Shown one piece after another: positions 49,175 through 59,545 of a stretch of DNA of 64,000 nucleotides (positions within the stretch are counted from its first letter, which is position 1; every line of letters begins with the position of its first letter). Below the pieces are notes generated by a model, which did not search any database, was not told where the DNA came from, and saw only the letters and a program-made list of their open reading frames with translations. The stretch covers positions 60,693,271 through 60,757,270 of the forward strand of contig NC_068987.1 of the NCBI RefSeq assembly GCF_001194135.2, given 5' to 3'. The position numbers were made by a program, and so were the translations under genes. Origin of the DNA: Octopus bimaculoides. Lineage: Eukaryota.

Positions 49175-50705
49175 ATCATCATCATCATTGTTTAATGTCC
49201 ACTTTCCATGCAGGCATGGGTTGGACAGTTTGACTGGGGACTGGCAAGCCAGGAGGCTGCACTAGGCTCCAATCTGATCTGGCAACGTTTCTACAGCTGG
49301 ATGCCCTTCCTAACGCGAACCATTCCGAGAGTGTAGTGGGTGCTTTTTACATGCCACTGGCATGGGAGCCAGTCAGACGGTACTGGCATTGGCCACGTTT
49401 GGATGGTGCTTTTTACATACCACCAACACAGGAGCCATTCGGGGCAGGAGGGCTGGCATCGACTATGTTCGGTTGGTGCTTTTTACACGCCACCGGCATG
49501 GGGAGCCAGACAGGCGGCACTGGCAACGACCCATGCATGAATGGTGCTTATTGCATGTCACCAGTACAGGAGTCAGTCAGGCAGCACTGCCATCGGCCAC
49601 AACAACAATTTCTATTTGATTTGATTTACTTGACTCAATAGGTCTCCTCAAGCACAGCATGTCGCCCGATGATCTGAAGGTACTTTTTAAGTGAGCTGGT
49701 TATTCTACACTGGTGCAGGCTGCAGCTGTGATCTCACTTTACTTGCCAGGTCTTCTCAATCACAGCATATCTCCAGAGGTCTCGGTTTTACATCATTGCT
49801 TCTGTGAGGCCCAGTGTTCGAAGGTCATGCTTCACCACCTCATTCCATGTTTTCCTGGGTCTCCCTCTTGCATGGGTTCCTTCCACTGTTAGGGAGTGGC
49901 ACTTCTTCACACAGCTCTCTTCACCCATATGCAGCACATGACCATACCAGCGCAGTTATCTCTCTTGCACACCTCATCTGATGTTTCTTATGTCCAACTT
50001 TTATCTCGGGGCGCTTACACTCTGTCGTGTGTGCACACTGGCATTACGCATCCAGCAGATCGTACTAGCTTCATTTCTTTCGAGCTTACGCATGTCTTCA
50101 GCAGTCACTGCCCATGTTTCACTGCCTACACATACATCATACAATCTACCTTTCACTCTGAGCAAGAGGCCCTTTGTCACCAGCAGGGGTTGGAGCTTTC
50201 TGAACTTTGCCCAGGCTATTCTTATTCTAGTGGCAACACTCTCCGAGCATCCACCCCCACTGCAGACTTGGTCACCTAGGTAGTGGAAGCTATCAACTGC
50301 TTCTAGTTTCTTCCCCTGGCATGTGATGGAATCAGTTTTCTGAACATCTGCAGTGTTTACTGCCCCTGTGCATCTGCCACACACAAAAGCTATCTTCCAG
50401 GTTAACTATCCTTTGATGTTGCTGTACCACTTATGTCTCCATAGCTTACACTGGGTACATCTTATGGAGTTTCTACCTACATCTTTTCTACAGATCAAGC
50501 AGGGCCATCTACCTGAAGGGGTTTGTGATGTGTTCACTTTCCTACTTACTAGAACTTTGATTTTTGCTTCATTGACTCTAAGGCGCTTTGAATCTAAACC
50601 TTGCTTCCACACCTAAAATTTCCTCTCTAGTTCTGGTAGTGATTCTGCTATGAGAGCAAGGTCATCAGCATAGAGGAGCTCCTAGTGGCAACCTGTCTTG
50701 AATTC
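49175..50705 (-). mobile_element. 5'-truncated RTE LINE (RT C-half, 3'UTR, (GAT)n tail)
   Basis: ELLYADDLALIAESLPELERKF*VWKQGL...FHYLGDQ...GSETWAVTAEDMRKLERNEASTICWM...LRWYGHV...GRPRKTWNEVV; 3'UTR with internal repeats; ATC-repeat tail at 49175-49188. Confidence 0.92.
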
Positions 50706-50765
50706 CAACATGTCACCAACTATCTCTGTCATCACCATCAGCACCTCATCTGCTATTCTGTCATC

Positions 50766-51360
50766 ACCAACACCACCTTAGTACCAGTCACTGTCATCAC
50801 TGTTGATATCTCAATATGTATTTCTATCATTATCATCTCTCCTCTAGCCATCTATCATTGTCACAAACATCTCCATAAGCATCTGTCATCACCATTAATA
50901 TATCACACCTACTAATCATTGTCATCACCACCATCACTTCAGTAGTCATCACCTTAGATATGTTTATCATAAGCACCAACACCTCACCAGCTGTCGCTGT
51001 CATCACAACCACCATCTTACCAGATATCTCAGTCATCCCATTAACATTTCACACCTACTATCATTGTCTTCACCATCACCTCAGTAGTTATCACTGTCAT
51101 CATCTTCATCATTCAGTAGATATGTCTACCATGACCATCAATACCTCACCAGTATTCGCTGTCATCACAACCACCATCTTACCAGATATCTGTTGTTCTC
51201 ATTAATATCTCATTATTGTTGTCATCACCACCATCATCTTCACCTGTTTAGTCATCTTTGTCATCATCATCATCAACATCTTCACAGCTCCCTCTGTCAT
51301 CATGATCCTCAGCATTTCACCAAATGTCACTGTCATCACCACCAACATCTTTCTAGTTCT

Positions 51361-51413
<53 letters not shown>

Positions 51414-51850
51414 CATCATCATCAATATCTTAGTAATTATTGGCTGTTGGTAGCAACTGTGGAGATTGTGACAGTCTACATCTCGTTAACTATCTCCGCC
51501 AACATCATTATTATAAGTACAGTCATTATCATTTTCAAATTTGGTTTGATCACTTCTGCAATCATCGTCATCACCATCATCATGGCCATCAAGTTCAATG
51601 TCATTATTATTAATACTCTAATGAGCATGGTAATTATCAACACTGCCATATCTAACACCGACACCACCGTCACTACTACCACCACTGCTATCAGCATTTT
51701 AACAACATAAATTTATCGCCTTAATGATGTCCGTAATTATCCTCATGGCCACTGCCATGATTGGTTGTTATTACTACTGTAATAGACTATATTACAACCT
51801 CAACCATTATCATGACTATTGTCATTGGCCTACTGTAGTCACCATATTGT
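50766..51850. repeat. Degenerate (CAT/CAC)n low-complexity tract containing (CT)n
   Basis: Seen directly; generates spurious His/Thr/Ile-rich and Val/Met-rich ORFs. Confidence 0.85.
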
Positions 51851-52162
51851 GACAGTAAGTTCTCAACAATTTTCACTTTGATATATTGTTTACATTGCTA
51901 AATCCATCTTTCTGTTTTCAATCTCAGATAGGAATTAAAAAAAAACAAAACATATAGGCTTCAGGGTATGCCTCATTTCTTGCTGAGGACTTTAATGACT
52001 TTGTGTCCAATTAAGATATCTAATTTGCAGTTATTATTATTATTCAGTAGTCTTGTTTTTATTGCATGGTTTGACTGCACTACTGAGCGCAGCTCTGTGT
52101 GCCTTGGGTATGTGCTGTGGTTTGTTTTGGTGTTGTTATTTTCACAGTATTGAAAGTGCTTT

Positions 52163-52395
52163 AGGCGGCGAGCTGGCAGAAACGTTAGCAAGCCGGGCGA
52201 AATGCTTAGCAGTATTTCGTCTGCCGTTACGTTCTGAGTTCAAATTCCGCCAAGGTCGACTTTGCCTTTCATCCTTTCAGGGTCAATTAGATAAGTACCA
52301 GTTACGCACTGGGGTCGATGTAATCGACTTAATCCGTTTGTCTGTCCTTGTTTGTTCCCTCTATGTTTAGCCCCTTGTGGGCAATAAAGAAATAA
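52163..52395 (+). mobile_element. Young full-length SINE family B
   Basis: aggcggcgagctggcagaaacgttagc A-box region, gagttcaaattcc B-box, CpGs intact, AATAAAGAAATAA tail. Confidence 0.92.
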
Positions 52396-52419
52396 TAATT
52401 ATTATTATTAGTTTCAAAT

Positions 52420-53330
52420 TCTGCTAAGATTGACTTTGCTTTTCATCTTCTAGAAGTACCAGCTGAGTACTGGAGTCAATGTAATCAACTTATCCCCTGC
52501 CCCAAAATTGCTGGCCTTGTGCCAGAATTTAAGACCATTATCATTAATAAAGGCGGCAAGATGGCAGAATCGTTAACATGCCAAGTAAAAATGCTTAGTG
52601 GCATTTTGCCTGTCTTTATGTTCTGAGTTCAAGTTCTGCCATGATCAACTTTGCCTTTCATCCTTTCAGAGTCAATATAATAAGTACCATTTGAACACTG
52701 ATGTCAATATAATCAACTTATTCCCTCCCTGAAATTTCTGGCCTTGTGTGAAAATTTGAGAGCACTATTATTGTTATTATATTGAGGAGAGGGCACTTGC
52801 CCTAGTATTCTTGGTGATCGTTGTTTTGTGGGTTTTCACAAGCAGCTCTAAGAAGTCTCTCTGTTCTGGGGAATTATTTTTGTTGGAATTTACTTTACTG
52901 TTGTTCTTTTTTATACTCCTTTATGTAACCTCGTGTTGTAATGTCCTGTACTATTCCCAATGTTTTTGTGAACTCTTGTTGGTTAATACAGAAAGCATAT
53001 TTTCATTATTGAAAGTGGTGAACTGGCAGAATCATTAGAACGCCAGACAAAATGCTTAATGGTATTTCATGTCTTTACATTCTTAGTTCAAATACTGTTG
53101 ATGTTGACTTTGTCTTTCATCCTTTCAGGGGCTACAGAATAAGTTCCTGTCAAGTACTGGGATCAATGTAATTGACTAACCCTCTCCACCAAAATATCAG
53201 GCTTTGTGCCAAAATAAGAAAGGATTATAATTGTTGTCATTATCATTACTAAGCTGCTGTGCTAGCAGAATCCTTAGTGTCAGACAAAATGTCTAGCAGC
53301 ATTTCTTTCTTCATCAAGTTTAACTCTTTA
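52420..53330 (+). mobile_element. Run of older SINE family B copies and fragments
   Basis: Copies at about 52420-52530, 52551-52770, 53018-53220 and 53250-53330, all in the same orientation. Confidence 0.75.
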
Positions 53331-53507
53331 GCTTTCAGATTACTCTGTCAAATGTAAGGCTTATTTATTCACGGTGTCGTGTGTATGGTATGCATATATA
53401 TCCTTTGGTCTGTGACTATACTGGGGCACTACCCTTACATTTGTGTGTTTGTATGTGTGTAGACGCGTCTGTGTGTGTGTGTGTATATATATATTTATAT
53501 AATGTGA

Positions 53508-53675
53508 CACCTGACTGGCCCTCGTGCCGGTGGCACGTAAAAGCACCCACTACACTCTCGGAGTGGTTGGCATTAGGAAGGGCATCCAGCTGTAGAAGCT
53601 CTGCCAAATCAAATTGGAGCCTCAGTCAAATTGTCCAACCCATGCTAGCAGGAAAGTGGATGTTAAACGATGATG
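53508..53675 (+). mobile_element. RTE 3'-end fragment
   Basis: aaagcacccactacactctcggagtggttggcattaggaagggcatccagctgtag...gttaaacgatgatg, as in the RTE 3'UTR at 49.2-49.35 kb. Confidence 0.85.
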
Positions 53676-53677
53676 TG

Positions 53678-53957
53678 AAGGCCCATGGTTCAGTGGTTAG
53701 AGCACCGGGCTATAAATCATGAAGTAATGAGTTTGATTCCTGAACCAGGCTGTGTTGTGTTCTTGAGCAAGATACTTTATTTCATGTTGCTCCAGTTCAC
53801 TCAGATGTAGAAATGTGTTGTAACATTGCTGGTGCCAAGTTATACAAGTCTTTGCCTTTCCTTTGCACAACATCCACAAAGAACCTCTCCTAGACTTGTG
53901 CCTTGGATGGGATCTTTCTAGGTGCAATCCCAAGGTCATTTATGACTGAAGGGGCTT
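53678..53957 (+). mobile_element. CORE-type SINE family F
   Basis: tggttcagtggttagagc A-box, gtttgattcct B-box and CORE-like segment. Confidence 0.8.
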
Positions 53958-54358
53958 CCTACACATTCTGATTGAATCTTCTGCATGAAAACATGTACCT
54001 CCTTGCAACAATGTAAACTTTCATTTAATCAAGATATTCGCAGCCTGAAGAGTAGCCTGCAGTATACTCCTCGCTTGGATATTTACCACTTCCGAGGTTC
54101 TGCTCACTATGAAACATTTTTAGCCTGGATCTTATCGGCTCCATTCCTTAACTCTTATTTTCTTATATGCATACCTGACAAATCTGGTCGCCAACCATGA
54201 AATATAAAGAGAACTTTTTTCTGTTCATCATACTTCGATATGAAAAAAATTCACAACGTTCCGTCTCAATAAACCACTATTGTCCCTGAAAATTGTTCTT
54301 TATATTTATTATGGATTGCTTGAAGCTAACTTTCTTTCTACACCTTGATCCCTAGATC

Positions 54359-54412
<54 letters not shown>

Positions 54413-54413
54413 T

Positions 54414-54737
54414 ACGGAGATGTACTTGCATAGCAAGTGACCTGATCTGAGAACGTGTACTGGAACGAAAACAATTGCAGTGTGGAAGGTGTTTATAAGC
54501 CATTTAAGAAACACACAAAAACCATTAGATTCACTTCAACATTTAAATTTAATTTGTGTCAAAATATTTTCGTCGCTTTGAGACCGCGACACCACAGAAT
54601 TTTGTCAGTAAACAGGTCGTGGTCTCAAAGCGACGAAAATATTTTGACACAAATTAAATTTAAATGTTGAAGTGAATCTAACGGTTTTTGTGTGTTTCTT
54701 AAATGGCTTATAAACACCTTCCACGCTGCAATTGTTT
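54414..54737. mobile_element. Fold-back element in (TA)n: 122-bp arms, 25-nt spacer, hammerhead-like motif
   Basis: 54469-54590 versus 54616-54737, 119/122 identity as an inverted repeat; motif at 54603-54649. Confidence 0.75.
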
Positions 54738-55202
54738 ATATATATTTGTTCTGCCTTGTCTTGACATCACATGCTAATTGCAAACAAGTGTCACCGTCAT
54801 GCTAGTGGTACCATTCATTTCTAGACTTCCAAGAACATATGACTAGCCTTAGAGGAATATGACCTTGCTTGGAAACAAGTCAAGGTTGGTGACAGGAAAG
54901 GCATTCAATCATAGCAAATCAACCATCTGAGCCATGTTAACATTGTTAAAACAATAATGATGATCCTGAATACTCACTGCACTCTCACTTTTGGAATTAT
55001 CTTCCATATAATTATTATATGCACATGGTCCAACCCATGCCAGCTTTGAATGATGACAATAGCTGCAGTGGTGGCTGCTGCTGTTGTTTTTGTATTCACT
55101 TTTGTTTGTTTAATTTTCATGTTTTTTTTTATTTTCTAAGACCTCCACTGAAATTTTCCAGTTTTCTAACTTTGTAATTCTTTATTTTTATTTTTCTCAC
55201 AG

Positions 55203-55310
55203 CTCAGTCAGATTTTGGGCCACAGTGACCAATTATATGTTCGGCTCCCTAGTGGATTGCGGGTTTGGCAATTTACCTTGGCTTTGGTGTTTACTGTGAT
55301 TGCTGTGTGG
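55203..55310 (+). CDS. TP53I11: Next coding exon of TP53I11 homologue (start of first TM segment)
   Basis: tttttctcacAG acceptor and tgg|GTAAGT donor. 108 nt, phase 0-0, encoding LSQILGHSDQLYVRLPSGLRVWQFTLALVFTVIAVW, which matches human [36 protein letters not shown] and continues directly from the previous exon. Confidence 0.93.
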
Positions 55311-55582
55311 GTAAGTACTGATTTTTCTTTTCTTTTTTTTTTTTTTTTTTCATTCTTAACAATTTAAGATTATTATTATTGCTGTGTCTCTACTATATAT
55401 GTAAATTAGCTTTGCCCATGACAGAAAACAATACACACACACACACACACACACATGTACACATGCTCTGGTGTATAGCACTCAGAATCTGAAATAATCA
55501 TAGAAGCTAAAGAGAAGAGGGCTGCACATGAAACAAGAGTCTCACTGGTTACTGACTCTGCTACTACATTCTCCTGTAAAAG

Positions 55583-55900
55583 ACCCCCTTCAATCATGAA
55601 ATACTGTGGGATTGCACCTAGAAAGTTCCCCTCTGAAGTACAAGTCCGGTGAAGGTTGATTTTTATGGAAGACTAGCAATCGCCCATGCATACCAGCCTC
55701 CCTTCTCCACACCACCAATGTTGTCCAAGGGAAAGGCAAAGGCCAATACAGCTTGACACCAGTGACATCACAACTCCTGAGTGAACTGGAACAATGTGAA
55801 AAAAAAGTGTCTTGCTCAAAAACACAACACACAGCCTGGACCGGAAATCGAACTCACTAACTTATGATTGTGAGCCCAGTGCTCTAACTACTGAGCCAAC
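55583..55900 (-). mobile_element. CORE-type SINE family F
   Basis: Reverse complement of family F. Confidence 0.8.
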
Positions 55901-56607
55901 TGTTGATTTTATGCTAATATTGACCTAATAAAGCCTTCTCAGGACCCACAAAGTGTAAAGCCTCTAATCTGGTCATCTTCAGAGACCTGGAGGCAATTGT
56001 TGTGTGTGTGCATGCATGCACACACATACATACATGTGAGTATATACATGGTACATACATCATACATACTATACATTTATTTTATAGACATATTTATGTG
56101 TATTTTCTGTCTGTCTATATGAGACAGAATGAAATAGAAAAAGGGGTTGAGACCAAGAGGTAGACAGAGCTGTCAGGAGAGAGAGAATGATAATTAATGA
56201 AAACATGACATTCTTAAAGTTTTACTTTTACATAACTTTATAAACATGTCATTCAGTGAATTTGTTTGTTTGTTTTGGTTTTTTTTACAGAACTCAGTCT
56301 ATGTATATGTTGATGGGCATTTGTTATGAATAACTTGTCTTTGTTTCTGAGTTGTATGTATGTGCTTGTTTGTGTATGTGAAACTCATTCTTTTCCTTTT
56401 CTTTTTTTTGTGAGAAATGGTGACAGTGTTGATGTAATAATGAACAGAATTCTTCTATTTTGAGACTTCTTCTGTCAGTTTCCCTTCAGATTTTTTCAGG
56501 TACAAGGGCTTTTGACTAAGTGTAGATAAGTTGTCATTTTATTGTGACAAAGTTTAGTTTAGTTCAAAAACAAGAAATGCACATGCAAACAGAATTTTAG
56601 TATTTAA

Positions 56608-56950
56608 ATATGTGGTTGTGGTTGAGATCATGTGGCCTAGATTCAGTCCCACTGCATGATGCCTTGGGCAAGTATCTTCTACTATAGTCTCTGGCCAACC
56701 AAAGCCTTGTGGATGGATTTGGTAGATGGAAACTGAAAGAAGTCCATTGTATGTGCACGCGCACGCACGTGTGTGTGTGTTTGTGTGAGACCCCATGTCC
56801 TGATATAACATGATGATTGTAAACAATCATCACTGTCATACAAGCAGTGTTCATTTCCACTCTTCTGTACAAAACATTGTCTGAACATGAGGAAACTGGT
56901 AAGGTTGGTTGATGGCAAGAAGGACATTTGGCCATAGAAAAGCTACCTCA
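56608..56950 (+). mobile_element. SINE family A head with tail type 2
   Basis: Family A head and core, (GC)/(GT)n hinge, then the tail-2 module. Confidence 0.75.
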
Positions 56951-57590
56951 ACTAATTCCAGATTTTATTAGCCACTTTGCAGTACCATCTAACTTCATTT
57001 GTTTCTAGACCATTAAAGAATCATTTCAGATGTTCACCCTGTACCATAGCTTTTGGTCCAGCATGGTGATATGTCCTCTCTTCTACAAGTTTACCAGTTT
57101 GGCCTACTGTCATTAAACTTCAGAGCTGTGGATTTGAAACTTATTTCTTCTATGCTTTGTTTCAATAAATGAAACCATACCACTTCATATAAACACACAG
57201 GATGAAACCATTCCATATGTATATGTTAAGTAGCATGTTTTCAACCTGCTGGCTATGGCCATACTGTATGCATGTATGTACATGTTCATATATTATTACT
57301 GACAACACACATTATAGATGTAAACCAGAATTACACAGAGGGAATATGAAACTCTTTAATATATCATCATCATTATTATTGTTTTAACATCCTCTTTGTC
57401 CGCTTAGACAGAATTTGATGAGGCAGACTTTCTATGGCTGGATGGATGCCCTTCCGGTCATGAACCCTCACCCATTTCCAAGTAAGGTAATATTTCTCCA
57501 TGACCAGACATGCTTTCAAACATTTAGAAATTAAAGACACTGCTTTCATGATGGTGGCACATTTACTACTATCAGGTGATGTCAAAATAA

Positions 57591-57963
57591 CCATTGGTCT
57601 AGCCATCTGGCCGTGAAGAGGAAAGAGACGGACATAATGCCCATTATAGTAAGATAGCAAATCTGCCTATCTACAATGAGAAACAAAGGGATAGTATCAC
57701 AAATCTATTTAAATCTAATTATATGGGGGGTGGGGATCCAGAGTTAATCCTCGTTGCCAGAATTTTAGTAAAAAAAAATCAAAGGTGATTTATTAATACA
57801 AAACTCAATATCCACTAAATAATCATACTTTTCACATTTTTTTCACTAAAAACCTTCCTGATTACCTCCTTTGTAATCCCAAAAAACACATTGTGACCAT
57901 TGGTTCAGCCGTTTGACCATTCAAAAGGAACAGACAGACATATAACGCCCATTATAGTAAGAT
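57591..57963 (+). mobile_element. Possible non-autonomous Helitron-like element with duplicated 3' terminus
   Basis: Two copies of attgg(t)c.agcc..t.g.cc.t...(acag)ac...a(c/t)gcccattatagtaagat at 57591-57655 and about 57897-57963. Confidence 0.4.
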
Positions 57964-58118
57964 TTGGATATGAAACAGCAAAAGAAATCAGTGCTGGCTA
58001 TAATTTCTATAGAAAATCTATAGGGATAACCATAACAAGTGATGTAATAGCACTGCTAACATAAGTAGAACAGTATTGACTTATAAAAATGCTTAATATA
58101 CTTTGTAGTGTATTACGT

Positions 58119-58351
58119 GGAGGCGCATGTCTTAGTGGTTAGGGTGTCAGCATCATGATCGTAAGATTGCTGTTTCGATTCCTGGACTGGGCGACGCGTT
58201 GTGTTCTTGAGCAAAACACTTTATTTCACGTTGCTCCAGTCCACTCAGCTGGCAAAAATGAGTAACGCTGTGATGGACTGGTGTCCCGTCCAGCTGGGGA
58301 ACACATACGCCATTGAAATCGGGGAAACTGGCCCCATGAGCCTGGCTAGGG
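58119..58351 (+). mobile_element. tRNA/CORE SINE family E
   Basis: ggaggcgcatgtcttagtggttaggg head, gtttcgattcc B-box, CORE-like segment and gatggactggtgtcccgtccag. Confidence 0.88.
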
Positions 58352-59237
58352 CATAACGAATATGGTGTCCCTACAAGTCATTGACATTTATTTATTTTTT
58401 TTTTCAGTTTCAATAAAGTTTGAAATTAGAAACATAAGCTGAATATTTATGACAGATACCAGTATTTGACAGAATCAGTAAGGCTGGCTAACAAAATGAT
58501 TCCCTCCATTCTTTTTCATTCTGAGTTCCGATACCATTTGTGTGAACTTTAAATTTCATCCTTCTGGATAAATATCTGTCAAATACATGGGTCAATTCTA
58601 ATCAGTGTTTCTCCATCCTTTCTCAATGTATGATCCTTGCTAGAAACCATTTATTATTTCCACTCTCACTTTATAGAAGTTTAGGTCTTTAGATTCTCTT
58701 ATTTTCCATATCTTTAAATCCCTACCAGATATGTTTTCTTGACAGGATAATAAAAAAAGCCATTCTTTTTGCTTTTTACTGCCTTAAGATGAAAATGTGA
58801 GATAAAATGTCAACCACCTTGATTAACAAAAGCCAAAAACCAGATACATTGAAATATTTATCTGGTATAAAATTATGCAACCTTCAAAAACCTAGGGGTG
58901 ATTACAAAGGCTATTAAGGCTCATGCTTTGTTTTGGTTTTGTAATTTTAAGTAGACAAGGTGTAGATACTTTCTTGCCTATCACAAATAATAATGGCAGG
59001 TAACTGGTAACTGTTGCAGTAAATTAGCTGAGAGCACCTTTATCACTATATAGCAAAGAAAACTCACGTCTGTTGCTTGTAGAGTACACTTCTAGAAAAA
59101 TTTTTATAGCTAGGTTCTTTTACTACCAAATTTGAAGCATGGACTGGGTACATTTCACCATGTCAGAGTTTGTTTACAGCAGAACTAAAAGGTTCCTCTA
59201 TTTCTTCTTTAATTTATGTATATATGTATGTATATAT

Positions 59238-59545
59238 AGAGACCCCAAGCAGAAGCCAAGGCTGTGATTTAAGGATTGTGTGAAGTTCTCATTAAAGGCC
59301 TGTGATATGCAGGAGACTTGCTGGGAGAGCAATGCCTGTCATCGCTACAGACGGAGGAAGCAGGTTAAGGAGGGGGTCGACACCTTTGAGAGAGCATGTA
59401 TTCTGCATGAAGAACTTAAGTCTGCTGCTTGAAAGCACACTACTGGTGTTGTGAATGAGGAAAGCTTGGTCTGCAATGTTTGCAGTCGTGTATGCTTGTC
59501 AAGAGCAGGGCTCATTAGCCACCAATGGAGCTGCAAATGTAAAAT
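59238..59545 (+). mobile_element. RTE (BovB-like) LINE 3' end with one Zn finger
   Basis: KPRL*FKDCVKFSLKACDMQETCWESNACHRYRRRKQVKEGVDTFERA...LVCNVCSRVCLSRAGLISHQWSC. Confidence 0.85.

Larger units (their letters stand above)
7875..55202 (+). other. 47.3-kb phase-0 GT-AG intron of TP53I11 homologue
   Basis: Lies between two exons whose peptides are contiguous in the known protein (RSK|LSQ). It includes six N-gaps, so the true length is approximate. Confidence 0.85.

Noticed and set aside
50685-51710. His-rich, Thr/Ile-rich and Val/Met-rich ORFs on both strands (also 60705-60987)
   Set aside because: Products of degenerate (CAT/CAC)n low-complexity DNA, with no splice or homology support.
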